DNA of 64,000 nucleotides, taken from NCBI RefSeq assembly GCF_018350175.1, contig NC_058373.1, forward strand, positions 105,836,001 to 105,900,000, in the 5' to 3' direction. Every line of letters starts with the position of its first letter. The stretch's first letter is position 1. The DNA is from Felis catus. Taxonomy: Eukaryota. Both the position numbers and the translations under genes were made by a program. Below, piece by piece: positions 13,319 through 26,046 of the stretch. The notes under the pieces were generated by a model. It was not told the origin of the DNA. It did not search any database and saw only the letters and a list, made by a program, of their open reading frames with translations.

Positions 13319-14223
13319 AAACACACTGTTTCCTTGTTGATTTTCTGTTTGGATGATCTGTCCATTGATGTAAATAGGGTGTTAAAGTCCCCTATTATTA
13401 TTGTTTTACTGTCAATTACTTCATTTTTGTTTGTAATTAGCTGCTTTATGAATTTGAGTGCTTCCATGTTGAGTGTATAAATATATACAATTGTTATATC
13501 TTCTTGTTGGATTGTTCCCTTTATGATTATATAGTGTCTTTCTTTGTCTCTTATTACAGTCTTTGTTTTAATGTTTATTTTGTCCAAAGAAGTACTGGCT
13601 TTTTGTCACTTCCATTTTCACAATAAATGCTTTTCCATCTCTTCACTTTCCATCTGCATGAATTTTTAGGTTTGAAGTGAGTTTCTTGGAGGCAGCTTAT
13701 AGATAGGTCTTGCTTCTTAATCCATACCATCACCCTATGTCTTTTGATTGGAGCATTTTGTCCATTTACATTCGAAATAATTATTGATAGGTACCTATCA
13801 GTTGCCATTTTGTTACTTATTTTATGGTTGTTTTTGTAGTTCTCCTCTGTTCCTTTTTACTACTGCTCTCTTCTCTCATGGGTTGCTGGCTTTCTTTAGT
13901 GATACGCTTAGATTCCTTTCTCTTTAGTGTTGCATACCTATTACTGGTTTTTGATTTGTGGTTACCATTAGGCTTGTATATAACATCTCCTTGCATATAG
14001 CTGAAGGATGGAGGAGGACCATCCTCCAGCTATGGTCACTTAAGTTTGAATCTATTCTTTACTCCTCTTCCCCCCCCCACACACACACATTTTAGGTATA
14101 CGGTGTCATACTTTACATCCTTTTATTTTATAAATCCCTTGACTGATTTTTATAGACATACTTAATTTTACTGCTTTTCTGCTTCCTATTTTTCTTGCTC
14201 CTACTTATGGTCTTTTCTTCCAC

Positions 14224-14843
14224 TCAAAGAGTCTTCTCTAACATTTGTTGTAGGACTGGTTTAGTGGTCATGCGTTACTTTAACTTTTGATTATCTGGGA
14301 AATTCTCTCCTTCTATGCTGAATAATAGCCTTGCTGAATAGAATATTCTTGGCTTCAGGTTTTTGTTTTTGTTTTTGTTTTTCTTTCAGCACTTTGAGTA
14401 AATCATGCCACTCCCCTCTGGCTTTCAAAGCTTCTGCTGAAAACTCAGCTGATAGCCTTATGGGGTTTCCCTTTGTATGTAACTGTTTTTCTTTTCTCTT
14501 GTTGCTTTTAAAATTCTCTCTTTACCACTACTTTTGCCATTTTAATTACTATGTGTCTTGGTGTGGACCTCCTTAGATTGATTTTGTTGGGGCTCTCTGT
14601 GCCTCCTGGATATGGATTTCTGTTTCCTTTCCTGGATTCAGGAAGTTTTCAGCTATTATTTCTTCAAGTAAATTTTCTGTTCCCTTCTGTTTCTGATTCT
14701 TTGATTCCTATAACATGAATGTTATTATACTTGATAGTGTCACTAAGTTCTCTAAATCTGTTTTTATTTATTATTTTTTCTTTCTCTTATTCAGCTTGAT
14801 TGTTTTCCATCCCTCTGTCCTCCAGGTCACTGACCCACTCTTC
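14224..14843 (-). pseudogene. 3' part of decayed ORF1 of the outer L1
   Basis: Ends ...LQQMLEKTL* near 14224. Continues upstream at 22190 beyond the inserted L1. Confidence 0.7.
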
Positions 14844-15164
14844 TGCTTCCTTTTTTATTAATTAATTAATTTATTTATTTTTATCATTTATTTTTTAATT
14901 TGCCTCCAAGTCACTTAGCATACAGTGCAACAATGATTTCAAGAGTAGAATCCAGTGATCCATCCCCTGTATATAACACCCAGTGTTCATCCCAACAAGT
15001 GTCCTCCTTAATGCCTCTTGCCCATTTAGCCCTTGTCCCCACCCACAATCCCTCTGGCAACCCTCAGTTTTTTCTCTATATTTAAGAGTCTCTTATGTTT
15101 TATCCCCCTCCCTGTTTTTATATTATTTTTGCTTCCCTCCCTTTATGTTCACCTGTTTTGTATC

Positions 15165-15298
15165 TTAAATTCCACATATGGGTGAAGTCATATATTTGTT
15201 TTTCTCTTACTAATTTCACTTAGAATAATACACTCTAGTTCCATCCACATTGTTGTAAATGGCAAGATTTCATCCTTTTTGATTACTGAGTAGTGCTC

Positions 15299-15361
<63 letters not shown>

Positions 15362-18300
15362 ACATCTTCTTTATCCATTCGTCTGTCGATGGACACTTGG
15401 GCTTTTCCCATACTTTAGCTATTGTAAATAGTACTGTTATAAACACTAGGGTGCATGTGCCTCTTCAGAAAAGCATATCGGTATCCTTTGGATAAATACC
15501 TAGTAGTGCAATTGCTGGGTTGTAGGGTAGATCTATTTTTAGTTTTTTGAGGAAACTCCATACTGTTTTCTAGAGGGGCTGCACCAGTTTGCACCCCTAT
15601 CAGCAGTGCAAAAGGGTTCCTCTTTCTCTGCATCCTCACCAACATCTGTCATTGCCTGAGTTGTTAATGTTAGCCATTCTGACAGGTGTGAGGTGATATC
15701 TCGTTGTGGTTTTCATTTGTATTTCCCTGATGATGAATGATGTTGAGCATTTTTTCATATGTCTGTTAGTCATCTGGATGTCTTCTTTGGAGATGTGTCT
15801 ATTCATGTCTTTTGCCCATTTATTCACTGGATTATTTGTTTTTTGGGTGTTGAGTTTGATAAGTTCTTTATAGATTTTGGATACTAACCCTTTACCTAAT
15901 ATGTCATTTGCAAATATCTTCTCCCATTCTGTCGGTTGCCTTTTAGTTTTGCTAATTGTTTCTTTCACTGTGCAGAAGGTTTTTATCTTGATGAGGTCCC
16001 AATAGTTCATTTCTGCTTTTGTTTCCCTTGCCTCCTGAGATGTGTTGAGTAAGAAGTTGCTGTGTCTGAGGTCAAAGAAGTTTTTGACTGCTTTCTGCTC
16101 GAGGATTTTGATGGCTTCTGTCTTGCATTTAGGTCTTTCATCCGTTTTGAATTTATTTTTGTGTATGGTGTAAGAAAGTGGTCCAGGTCATTCTTCTGCA
16201 TGTCCCTGCCCAGTTTTCCCAATACCATTTACTGACGAGACTGTCTTTATTCCATTGGATATTGTTTCATGCTTTATCAAAGATTAGTTGGCTATATGTT
16301 TGTGGGTCCATTTCTGGGTTCTCTATTCTGTTACATTGATCTGAGTGTTTGTTTTTATGCCAGTACCATACTGTCTTGATAATTACAGCTTTGTAATACA
16401 TCTTGAAATCCAGGATTGTGATGCTTCCAGCTTTGGCTTTCTTTTTCAGGATTGCTTTGGCTATTCACTGTCTTTTCTGGTTCCATATAAAATTTTGGGA
16501 TTGTTTATTCTAGCTCTGTGAAGAATACTGGTGTTATTTTGATGGGGATTGTATCAAATATGTAGATTGCTTTGGGTAATATCAACATTTTAACAATATT
16601 TGTTCTTCCAATCCAGGAGTATGGAATATTTTCCCATTTTTTTGTGTCTTCTTCAATTTCTTTCATAAGCTTTCTATAGTTTCAGCATACAGATCTTTTA
16701 TCTCTTTGGTTAAGTTTATTCTTAGGTATTTGATACTTCTTGGTGCAATTATAAATGGGATTGATTTCTTGATTCCTCTTTCTGTTGCTTCCTTATTGGT
16801 GTATAGAAATGCAACTGATTTCTGTGCTTTGATTTTATATCCTGCGACTTTGCTGAATTCCTGGATCAGTTCTAGCAGTTTTTTGGTGGAATATTCTGGG
16901 TTTTCCATATACCGTATCATGTCATCCGTGAAGAGTGAAATTTTGACTTCCTCCTTGCTAATTTGGAGACTTTTATTTCTTTGTCTGATTGCTGAAGCTA
17001 GAACTTCCAATACTATGTTGAATAACAGTGGTGAGAGTGGACATCCCTGTCATGTTCCTGACCTTTGGGGGAAAGCATTCAGTTTTTCCCCACTGAGGAT
17101 GATATTAGCATTGGGTCTTTCATATATGGCTTTTATGATCTCGAGGTTTGATCCTTCTATCCCTACTTTCTTGAGGGTTTTTATCAAGAAAGGATGCTGT
17201 ACTTTGTCAAATGCTTTATCTGCATCTAGTGGGACGATCATGTGTCTCTTGTCCTTTCTTTTATTAATGCGATGTATCACACTGATTGATTTGCAGATAC
17301 TGAACCAGCCCTACCTCCCAGATATAAATCCCACCGGATCGTGGTGAATAATTCTTTTAATGTATTATTGGATCCAATTGGCTAGTATCTTGTTGAGAAC
17401 ATGAATCCATGTTCATCATGGAAATTGGTCTACAGTTCTCCTTTTCAGTGGGGTCTTTTTCTGGTTTTGGAATCAAGGTAATGCTGGCCTCATACAATGA
17501 GTTTGGAAGTTTTCCTTCCATTTCTATTTTTTGCAACAGCTTCAAAAGAATAGGTGTTAACTCTTCTTTAAATTTTTAGAAGAGTTCTCCTGGAAAGCCA
17601 TCTGGCCATGGACTCTTGTTTTTTTGGGAGATTTTTGATTACTAATTCAATTTATTTGCTGGTTATGGGTCTGTTCAGATTTTCTATTTCTTCCTGTTTC
17701 AATTTTGGTAGACTATAGGTTTCTAGGAATTTGTCCATTTCTTCCAGATTGCCCATTTTGTTTACATATAATTGCTCATAATATTCTCTTATTATTGTTT
17801 GTATTTCTGCCATGTTGGTTGTAATCTCTCCGTATTCATTCTTGATTTTACTTATTTGGGTCCTCTCTTTTTTTCTTTTTGATCAAACTGGCTCTGGGTT
17901 TATCAATTTTGTTAATTCTTTCAAAGAACCAGCTCCTGGTTTCATTTATCTGTTCTACTGTTTTTGTTTTGTTTTGGGTTTTTGTTCTTTTGTTTGTTTT
18001 GTTTTGTTTTGATAGCATTGATTTCTGCTCTATCTTTATTATTTCTTGTCTTCTGCTGGTTTGGGGTTTTATTGGCTGTTCTTTTTCCAGCTCTTTAAGG
18101 TGTAAGGTTAGGTTGTGTATTTGAGACCTTTCTTCCTTCTTTAGGAAGGTCTGGATTGATATATTCCTCCCTCTTATAACTGTCTTTGCTGCGTCCCAGA
18201 GGCTTTGGGCCGTGGTACTATAATGTTCATTGGCTTCCATGTACTTTTTAATTTCCTTTTTAACTTCTTGGTTAGCCTATTCGTTCTTTAGTAGGATGTT

Positions 18301-19059
18301 CTTTAGTCTCCAAGTATTTGTTATCTTTCCAAATATTTTCTTGTGGTTGGTTTCGAATTTCATAGCATTGTGGTCTGAAAATATGAACAGTATGATCTTG
18401 ATCTTTTTGCACTTGTTGAGGGCTGATTTGTGTCCCAATATGTGATCTATTTTAGAGAATGTTCCATGTGCACTCAATAAGAATGTATATTCTGCTGCTT
18501 TAAGGATAAAATGTTCTGAAGACATCTGTTAAGTCCATCCAGTCCAGTGTGTTATTCAAAGCCATTGTTTCCTTGTTGATTTTCTGCTTATTTTATTTGA
18601 TGTGTCCATTGTTGTAAGTGGGGTGTTGAAGTCCCCTACTATTATGGTGTTATTGTCAATGAGTTTCTTTGTTTGTGATTAATTGATTTATATATTTGGG
18701 TTTTTCACGTCGAGGGCATAAATGTTTGCAATTGTTAGATCTTCTTGGTGGATAGACCTGTTAATTATGATATAATGCCCTTCTTCATCTCTTGTTACAG
18801 TTTTTATATTAAAATCTAGATTGTCTGATACAAGTATGGGTGCTCCAGCTTTCTTTTGGCGACCATTAACATGATAGATGGTTCTCCATCCCCTTACTTT
18901 CAATCTGAAGGTGTTTTTAGCTCGAAAATGGGTCTCTTGTAAACAGTATATAGATGGATCTTGTTTTCCTATCAATTCTGTTACCATATGTCTTTTGATT
19001 GGAGCATTTCGTCCATTGACATTTAGAGTGAGTACTGAAAGATATGAATTTATTGTCAT
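15165..19059 (-). pseudogene. Decayed L1 ORF2 of the inner L1
   Basis: MTINSYLSVLTLNVNGRNAPIKRH (EN), [18 protein letters not shown] and [14 protein letters not shown] (RT FADD motif region), [13 protein letters not shown]. Fragmented by stops and frameshifts. Confidence 0.9.
15304..15359. repeat. (TA)n microsatellite inside L1 ORF2 3' end
   Basis: About 28 perfect TA units. Confidence 0.97.
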
Positions 19060-19107
19060 TATGTTGCCTGTAGAGTTGGAGTTTCTGGTGGTGTTCTCTG
19101 GTACTTT

Positions 19108-20032
19108 CTAGTCTTGTTGCTTTTGGTCTTTTTGTTTCATTTCATCTTTTCTCCCCTACAAGAGTCCCCCTTAAAATTTATTGCAGGGCTGGTTTAGTAG
19201 TCACAAACTCCTTTAGTTTTTGTTTGTCTGGGAAACTTTTTAACTCCCCTTCTATTTTTAATGACAGCCTTGGTGGATAAATAATTCTTGGCTGCATATT
19301 TTTCCAATTCAACATGTTGAATATATCCTGCCATTCCTTTCTGGCCTGCCAACTTTCTGTGGATTGTTCTGCTGTAAACCTGTTCTGTCTTCCCTTATAG
19401 GTTAAGGACTTTTTTTTCCTTGATGCTTTCATAATTCTTTCCTTTTCTGTGTACTTTGTGAATTTGACTCTGATATGCCTTATTGATGGTCAGTTTTTGT
19501 TGAATCTAATGGGAGTTCTCAGTGCTTCTTGGATTTTGATGTCTGTGTCTTTCCCCAAGTTAGGAAAGTTTTCTGCTATGATTTCCTCACACAAACCTTC
19601 TACCCCTTTTTCTCTCTCTTCATCTTCTGGGAGTCCTATTATTCAGATGTTGTTCCTTTATAATGAGTCACTGAGTTCTCTAATTCTTATATCGTGCTCT
19701 TTTGCCTTAGTTTCCCTCTTTGTTTCTGCTTCATTATTCCCCCTAATTTTGTCTTCTGTATCATTGATTCAATGCTCTGTTTCATCTATCCTTGCCACAG
19801 TGGCATCCATTTGAGATTGGATCTCAGCATTTTTAATTATGTCATGTCTAAATTCTACTTCTCTTATCTCTGCAGAAAGGTATTCTATGCTTTTTTCAAC
19901 CCCAGCTAGTATTCTTATTATCATGATTCTAAATTCTAGTTCAGACATCTTGCTTATATCTGTGTTGGTTAAGGCCCTGGCTGTAATTTCTTCCTGTTCT
20001 TTCTTTTGGGGTGAATTGCTTCATTTTATCAT
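19108..20032 (-). pseudogene. Decayed L1 ORF1 of the inner L1
   Basis: ARKEWQDIFNMLNWKNMQPRIIYPPRLSLKIEGELKSFPDKQKLKEFVTTKPALQ. The likely ATG at 20032 is followed by an early TGA. Confidence 0.85.
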
Positions 20033-20108
20033 TTTGGAGGAAGAAAAAGAGTTAAATAAAATTAAATTAAAATTTTTAATTAAAAAATTAAAAACAACAC
20101 AAAACATT

Positions 20109-20312
20109 GGGGCGCCTGGGTGGCTCAGCTTGTTAAGCACCCAACTTTGGCTCAGGTGATGATCTCATGCTTCGTGGGTTCGAGCCCTGCGTTGGGCTCT
20201 GTGCTGACAGCTCAGAGCCTGGAGCCTGCTTCAGATTCTGAGTCTCTTTCTCTCTCTGCCCCTCCTCCACTTGTGCTCTGTCTCTCTCTGTCTCTCAAAA
20301 ATAAATGAGTAT

Positions 20313-20354
<42 letters not shown>
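20109..20354 (+). mobile_element. CAN-SINE with (CA)n tail inside inner L1 5'UTR
   Basis: GGGGCGCCTGGGTGGCTCAG head, CT region, and tail expanded to about (CA)20. Confidence 0.92.
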
Positions 20355-20359
<5 letters not shown>

Positions 20360-20708
20360 TCAAATAAAAGAAGCTAGATCCTAGGTGTGTTTTGGTTTGG
20401 TTTTTGAAAGAATCTTGATAGAATAGAGAAAAAAGGGAAAGAAAATAAAATAAAAGAAAGTAAGACAATCTTTAAAATTAAAACAAATATATACAATAAA
20501 ATAGGATAAAATGAAATGAAGAAAGTAAAATACAATTTAGAATTTAGAAAAAATTAAAAAATATAGTAAAATAAATAATTTTTTTTTACAAAAACAGAAA
20601 ATAAAAATAAATTTTTTCTCTTTCTATACCCAAGAATAATAAAAGAAAAAAAATGAATAGATGGACCAGCAAACAGAATGAAATCCAAATGAAATTGCAT
20701 CCAGTTCT

Positions 20709-20915
20709 GGGACACCTGGGTGGCTCAGTCAGTTAAGTGACTGACTTCAGCTTGGGTCATGATCTCATGGTTTGAGCCCTGTGTTGGGCTCTGTGCTAAA
20801 AGCTTGGAGCCTGAAGCCTGCTTCAGATTCTGTGTCTCCCTCTCTCTCTGCCTCTCCCCCGTTCATGCTCTGTCTCTCTCTCTCAAAATTATATAAACAT
20901 TAAAAAAATGTTTTT
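20709..20915 (+). mobile_element. CAN-SINE inside inner L1 5'UTR
   Basis: Head GGGACACCTGGGTGGCTCAGTCAGTTAAG. Degenerate TSD TTGCATCCA(G/C)TT. Confidence 0.92.
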
Positions 20916-22189
20916 AATTTGCATCCACTTCCCCCTAGAATTCCGACTATGAAACACTTTATAGTCCATACACTAAGCAAGTAGAGAGACTTGTGGTCCT
21001 ATAGGGCCTTGGTTGCCACAGTTGAACTGGGTTTGGTGTAATGACTCTGTTATCCACTAGGTGGTGCTGCTTAGCTTACTGGGGTGGATAGGTGTGGTGC
21101 GCATGCATGTGCATGGGTACGCACATGTGCAGGAAAGGTGACTCAGCTTCCCAGTCTCTGGCACAGGAACACTGTACTCTCACCAACTGGCAATCAAGCA
21201 CCCCTCCTTTGTCTCCAGCTTCCATCCATTCCCTGCTTCTACACTGTCCATGTCCAACCCATCAGCCTGCCAAGTGGCATCTCCCTCCTGCATTTTATCT
21301 CAGATGGGTGTGTGTTTCCAAACCCCTCACTTCTGAGGGCCTTGTGCTTAGACCCTCTCCAAATCTCTAGAGTTGGGTCTTGCTGAGCAATGGCTGGGTG
21401 CCAGCTTTCCCCGGGAACATTCATGGTATCCTGCTGCTGCAGAGGCTCAGAGATTGTGGCCAGGTGCCAGCTTGCTCCAGAAAAAGTTTGTGCAATTGCA
21501 TGGCAGCAGAGGTTCAGGGACTATGGTAAATTACAACGCACAACTGGAACCAGGTTTCACCGTACCCTGGTGTCTTTGTTCCAATGCCAGCGAGTGTGGC
21601 TCTTCTCCGGGGTCAGCTGGGACCTTTGCCTATGGGGAGGCCCTATGGTCTCTACCAAATGCCCTCCTAGCAGGGGAACCACTTCTCTCCATGTGGCCTG
21701 CATACCCTTTGGGCCTCGCTGTCTGTTCCTGGGGATTCACCCTTCCCACCAGAGCACTGCCAGATATTGAGCTGTGGAATTTCCGACTTTACTGTCCCCT
21801 GTTTATAGAGTCCTAATGGTATTGAAACCCTCTTCTTTCTCCTTCTCCCTTTCTTGTTCAATCACTTGTGGGTATTTCCATTTTTTCTCTTTCTCTCCAG
21901 CTACTTTTAGGGGGACTGCTTTTCCTATACTCTCCCCCCTTTCTCTGTCCTGTCTCCACAAAAACAGCTCCCTACCCTCCGTGGCTTCTCTCACCCATAG
22001 TTCACCTGTCCATACTATGTACCTGCCAAATTCTGTGGCTCAAGTTATGCAGATTGTTGTGTTAATCCTCAGATCAGTTTTCTAGGTGTGCAAAATGGTT
22101 TGGTGCTGATCTAGTTGCATTTCAGGGATGAGAGAAGCAGAGAACTTCCATGCTGCCCAGCCATCTTGGCCCCTCCCTTGCTTCCTCTT

Positions 22190-22460
22190 ATCTACTATTT
22201 TATTTACTCCAACTAGTGTATTTTTTATTTCAGTTATTGGGTCTTTCATCTCTGATTGGTTCCTTTTTATGTCTTCTATCACTTTGTTAAAGGTCTCACT
22301 GAGGTCTTCCACTCTTCTCTAGTCCAATGAGTATCTTTATAACCATTACTTTAAATTCTCTATCAGACACGTTACTCGTCTCTATTTAGTTTAGATCTCT
22401 TGCTCTGATGTTCTGTTCTTTCATTTGGTACATAGTCCTCTGTCTCCTATTTTGTCTAAT
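22190..22460 (-). pseudogene. 5' part of decayed ORF1 of the outer L1
   Basis: EDLSETFNKVIEDIKRNQSEMKDPITEIKNTLVGVN, typical of the ORF1p coiled-coil region. Confidence 0.75.
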
Positions 22461-24130
22461 TCTCTGCATCTGTTTCTAGGTATTAGGACAGTCCGCTATG
22501 TCTCCTGCCCTTCAAACCAGTGGCCTTATGAAGAAGAGGTCCTGTAGTGCTCTGCAGTGCAATGTCCACTGTGCACCAGAACCTTGCACTTCATGGGTGT
22601 CTCCTAGTGTGTTACATGTGCCTACTGTTGGGGGTGAACCACTTTTGCTTTCAATTCAGTTGCCTGCAATGATTTTCTTTGCCTGTTGTGGGTAGAGTTT
22701 GTTCCCTGTGTTGTTTGTGGGCCACTCTGGGACTGCCTTGGGCTTGAGCTGAGTCAGACCAGGTGTTTTCCAGAGATACAGTAGCACCAGACTTCAGGGC
22801 ACTTTCCCTGTATTGTCCGCTGAGAAGCTTTCATTGGTGGGCAGGGCCTGTGGTCAGATTAGATGCCTGCCCCAGTCCACTGCTGGGCTGCAGTTGGTGT
22901 GTGTAGTTATCTTCCCTTCTCCCCAGGATAAGAGTCACTTTGCAGTGATATTAGCCCCAATTGGGGCTGCTTGCACACTGCACACTTGTGGCACTGCTTT
23001 GGATGGGCAATAGCCAAAGACACATTGGTGAGGGGGAGGGCTTCAGGAGAACAAGGAGGTGGACACATGGTGTTATCAAGATTTGCAGGGTCTGCTGTGG
23101 AAGGAGACCTGGAACCAAGGCCTGCCTGGAGGGAGTACGTCCACAGGAGAATGCAAGGTTGGACATGCTGTTAGCAAGCTAGGTGGAGAGTACTGGTGCT
23201 AGACTGGTTCCTGTAGGTGTCCATGTATCTAGGCCAGAGAACAGAAGGCAGATATACCTCCTGCTCCTTTGTTAGTAGAGAACTCTCCCAATGATTCCTG
23301 CCCCTCTAAAACTCTGAGATTAGTAAAAAAATCTCCCTCCCCTATACCCCAGATGTTTTTCAAACTACTGCTTCTACACTATATCTCTGCAGGGATGTTT
23401 ATTGTGCTGTCTCTTTAAGGGTGCGGACCTAGTTTCCTCTTACCCTCCCAGCTCTCCCAGAACCAAGCCCACTGATTTTTAAGGTTTCAGGTGTTAAGCT
23501 TTGCTAATTGTAAGAACTTGCAAAATCCAGCCCTCTGTTTCCAAAGCCAAGTGTTATGGGATTTATCTTCCCCATGTGCATTTTCCATGTAGGTTCCTAG
23601 TGTGAGTCTGTTTTTCTCCCTGCTCTGTACCTGCAGTGTCCCTTCCTCCCTCAGGACAGTCCCTCAGTCTCCATCCTTCCTACCCTCTTCTCTACATTAA
23701 CCTATGGATAGACTGTTGTGCTGGTCTCTCAGGTCATTTTCTGGGTTATTTACACTCGCGTAAGTGTTATCTAGTTGCATCCGTGGGATGAGATGAGCTT
23801 ATGGTCCTCCTATTCCACCATCTTTCCCAGAAGTCAAGATTATTAAATTTTTCTAAGTAAAAGCAAAGACATTTGCCTATCTGAGAGATGACACTAATTA
23901 GATTAAGTGACACCTGGAAACGTAATACCACTGATTTTCTCTCTGTAGCCTGCTTTTTAGTCTCCTGAGACCCTCCATTGTCCTAGAAATGAATAAATCA
24001 GGCATGCGCTGCAACAGTGCTAAGCTGATTAAGAGAAATATCATGTTTGAATTGTACAATAAAATGGCAATTAGCTGAAATGCTTGAAGAATAGAATATA
24101 ATGGTTACCTCAATGTTAGCTCAAGAAGCC

Positions 24131-24131
<1 letters not shown>

Positions 24132-24183
<52 letters not shown>

Positions 24184-24245
24184 TGTATATACATATGTAT
24201 ATGTATATATATGCATGTGTATACATATGTATATGTATATATATA
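24132..24245. repeat. Compound (TA)n(CA)n/(TATG)n microsatellite
   Basis: Direct reading. Confidence 0.92.
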
Positions 24246-24714
24246 ATTTTACATAAAAAGCTAGAAAATGCATTATGAAATCATTCGACTCAGTGAGCCC
24301 ACTTTCCTGCCTCAGTAAGCAAAACACAGTGAATATAATTAAATTCTTGTGTGTAATTATATATGGAACTTTATATAGAAATATATAAATTTATATATGT
24401 CATTTATATGTATAATATTTAATTATATTAAATTCCTTTTAAAACAATAATTCTAAAACTTATACTGCCTCCAGGTCATGTTTAAATGCACTCCTAAGGG
24501 GACTAGTCTGGACGTTCCACTGTATCCTAGCAGAGCTCAGAATGTTCTCTGAAGAGGAGTGTTGATGAGGAAGGGGATTCATGCCTCCAGTTCCAGTACA
24601 CAGAAATTATGTTGCATGGTCATCTACCAATTCACACCAAGCAGTTTTTTTTTTTTTACTCACCCTGGGAATGTTTTTTTAATGCTCAAATCCATGTATC
24701 AGTGGTTCTTTTTT

Positions 24715-25251
24715 ATTCTTTTATTTTTTATTCTTTTTATTCTCAAGTTAGTCAATATACAGTGTAGTCTTGGCTTCAGGAGTAGAACCCAGTGACTCAT
24801 CACTTACATGTAATACCCAATGCTCATCCCAACAAGTGACTTCCTTAATGCCCATCACCCATTTATCCCACCCTCATTGATCCTCAGTTTGTTCTCTGTA
24901 TTTCAGAGTCTCTGAAGGTTTGCCTCCCTCTCCGTTTTTATCTTATTTTTCCTTCCCTTCCCCTATGTTCATCTGTTGTGTTTCTTAAATTCCACATATG
25001 AGTGAAATTATGTGATATCTGTCTTTCTCTGACTGGCTTATTTTGCTTAGCATAATACCCTCCAGTTCCATCCACTCTTGCAAATGGCAAGATTTTGTTC
25101 TTTTGCATCGCTGAATAGTATTCCATTGTATATCTTTTTAATCCATTCATCTGTTGATGCACATTTGGGCTCTTTCCATAATTTGGCTCTTGTTGATAGC
25201 GCTGCTATAAACATTGGGGTGCATGTGCCCCTTCAAATCAGAATCTTTTGT
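24715..25251 (-). mobile_element. LINE-1 3' fragment, 5'-truncated
   Basis: YTMEYYSAMQKNKILPFA remnant. 3'UTR is the same type as 187-672 and the inner L1. Confidence 0.9.
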
Positions 25252-25530
25252 AGTTTTTTGAAAACTACAGAAAGATTATCCATTTAAGTGAGAGTTCCAA
25301 TCACTTGGGCTTCAGTTAACTGGGGTTTTCCAGTTTTCCAGGATTCTGTTCTCTCCATATGTTACTGGTCAATCCATCTCAGCTGCTAACTCAGGAAATG
25401 AAAGGGTAAACCCTGACACTGCTGTGGCCAACTTCTCTGTCCTGGGGAGTCCTAAGGGGGCTGGACAAATTGGGAGCACAGCTCCTGGCTGGGTTTGCCA
25501 ACAATGTCATCCAATAAACTTGGATAAACT

Positions 25531-26046
25531 TGTCATAAGAGAGACCAATGACTCACGAGGCAAGTGTTTGAGAAGGAGAAAGGGAGAGATTTATTTTAGG
25601 TGCCAGCAGCCAGAGCAGGTGGCAACCTTAAGCCTTAACAACTTCTTCTCCACTGGCAAGATGGACACCCAGAGATTTATAGGGAGAGAGAGGCTTTGGG
25701 GGGCATATGCAGGAGAGCAGGCAGAGAACGTGTTATCATAGGTTGGGCTAAGTATGTGTTCAGTGGTGATTATGGACAGAAAAGAGGACATACAGGACGT
25801 GGTCTTCCAGGCATTCCAGAGCTTTTCTGGCCTAGTAATTGGAATGTTCCAGTCACTGCAAAATATCTTCGTCCATGCCTCAAGAGGGTGCTGTAAGAAA
25901 TAAGAACAATGGGTTTCAGCTAGAGCATGAGTCAAGTGGTCTTGCCTATCTCTGGTTTTAACTACTGGGGTCTGTAGTTGAGCAAAGGGGCTCACTGACA
26001 TCTATGGCCGCACTTTGTAGAACAAGATAAAATGGCAGCCTCCCTA
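25531..26046 (-). mobile_element. Solo LTR, probably ERV1 class
   Basis: Starts TGTCA and ends in TA (decayed CA). 4-bp TSD AACT at 25527-25530 and 26047-26050. Minus-strand AATAAA at 25590-25595. Confidence 0.6.

Larger units (their letters stand above)
9525..13808 (-). pseudogene. Decayed L1 ORF2 (endonuclease/reverse transcriptase) of the outer L1
   Basis: Fragments MATDRYLSIIISNVNGQNAPIKRHRV (EN start), [45 protein letters not shown] and [13 protein letters not shown]. Many stops, frameshifts and SINE insertions. Confidence 0.88.
14855..22178 (-). mobile_element. Full-length younger LINE-1 (inner element) nested in ORF1 of the outer L1
   Basis: 5' end AGGGAGGGGCCAAGATGGC (YY1-type L1 start) at 22178. 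TSD TGCTTCCT(T/C)TT at 14844-14854 and 22179-22189. Complete 5'UTR-ORF1-ORF2-3'UTR-tail order. Confidence 0.93.
9278..23835 (-). mobile_element. Full-length older carnivore LINE-1 (outer element), interrupted by a second L1 and two SINEs
   Basis: 17-bp TSD AAGATTATTAAATTTTT at 9261-9277 and 23836-23852. The 5' end reads GACTTCTGGGAAAGATGGTGG on the minus strand. ORF1 and ORF2 remnants are collinear across the interruption. Confidence 0.93.

Noticed and set aside
16706..17347. Longest ORF in the track (213 aa, plus strand) and similar ORFs at 11154 and 42701
   Set aside because: These are antisense frames of the L1 reverse-transcriptase region, recurring in each L1 copy, not host genes.
9278..23835. 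Possibility that either full-length L1 is still active
   Set aside because: ORF1 and ORF2 of both are broken by many stops, frameshifts and insertions.
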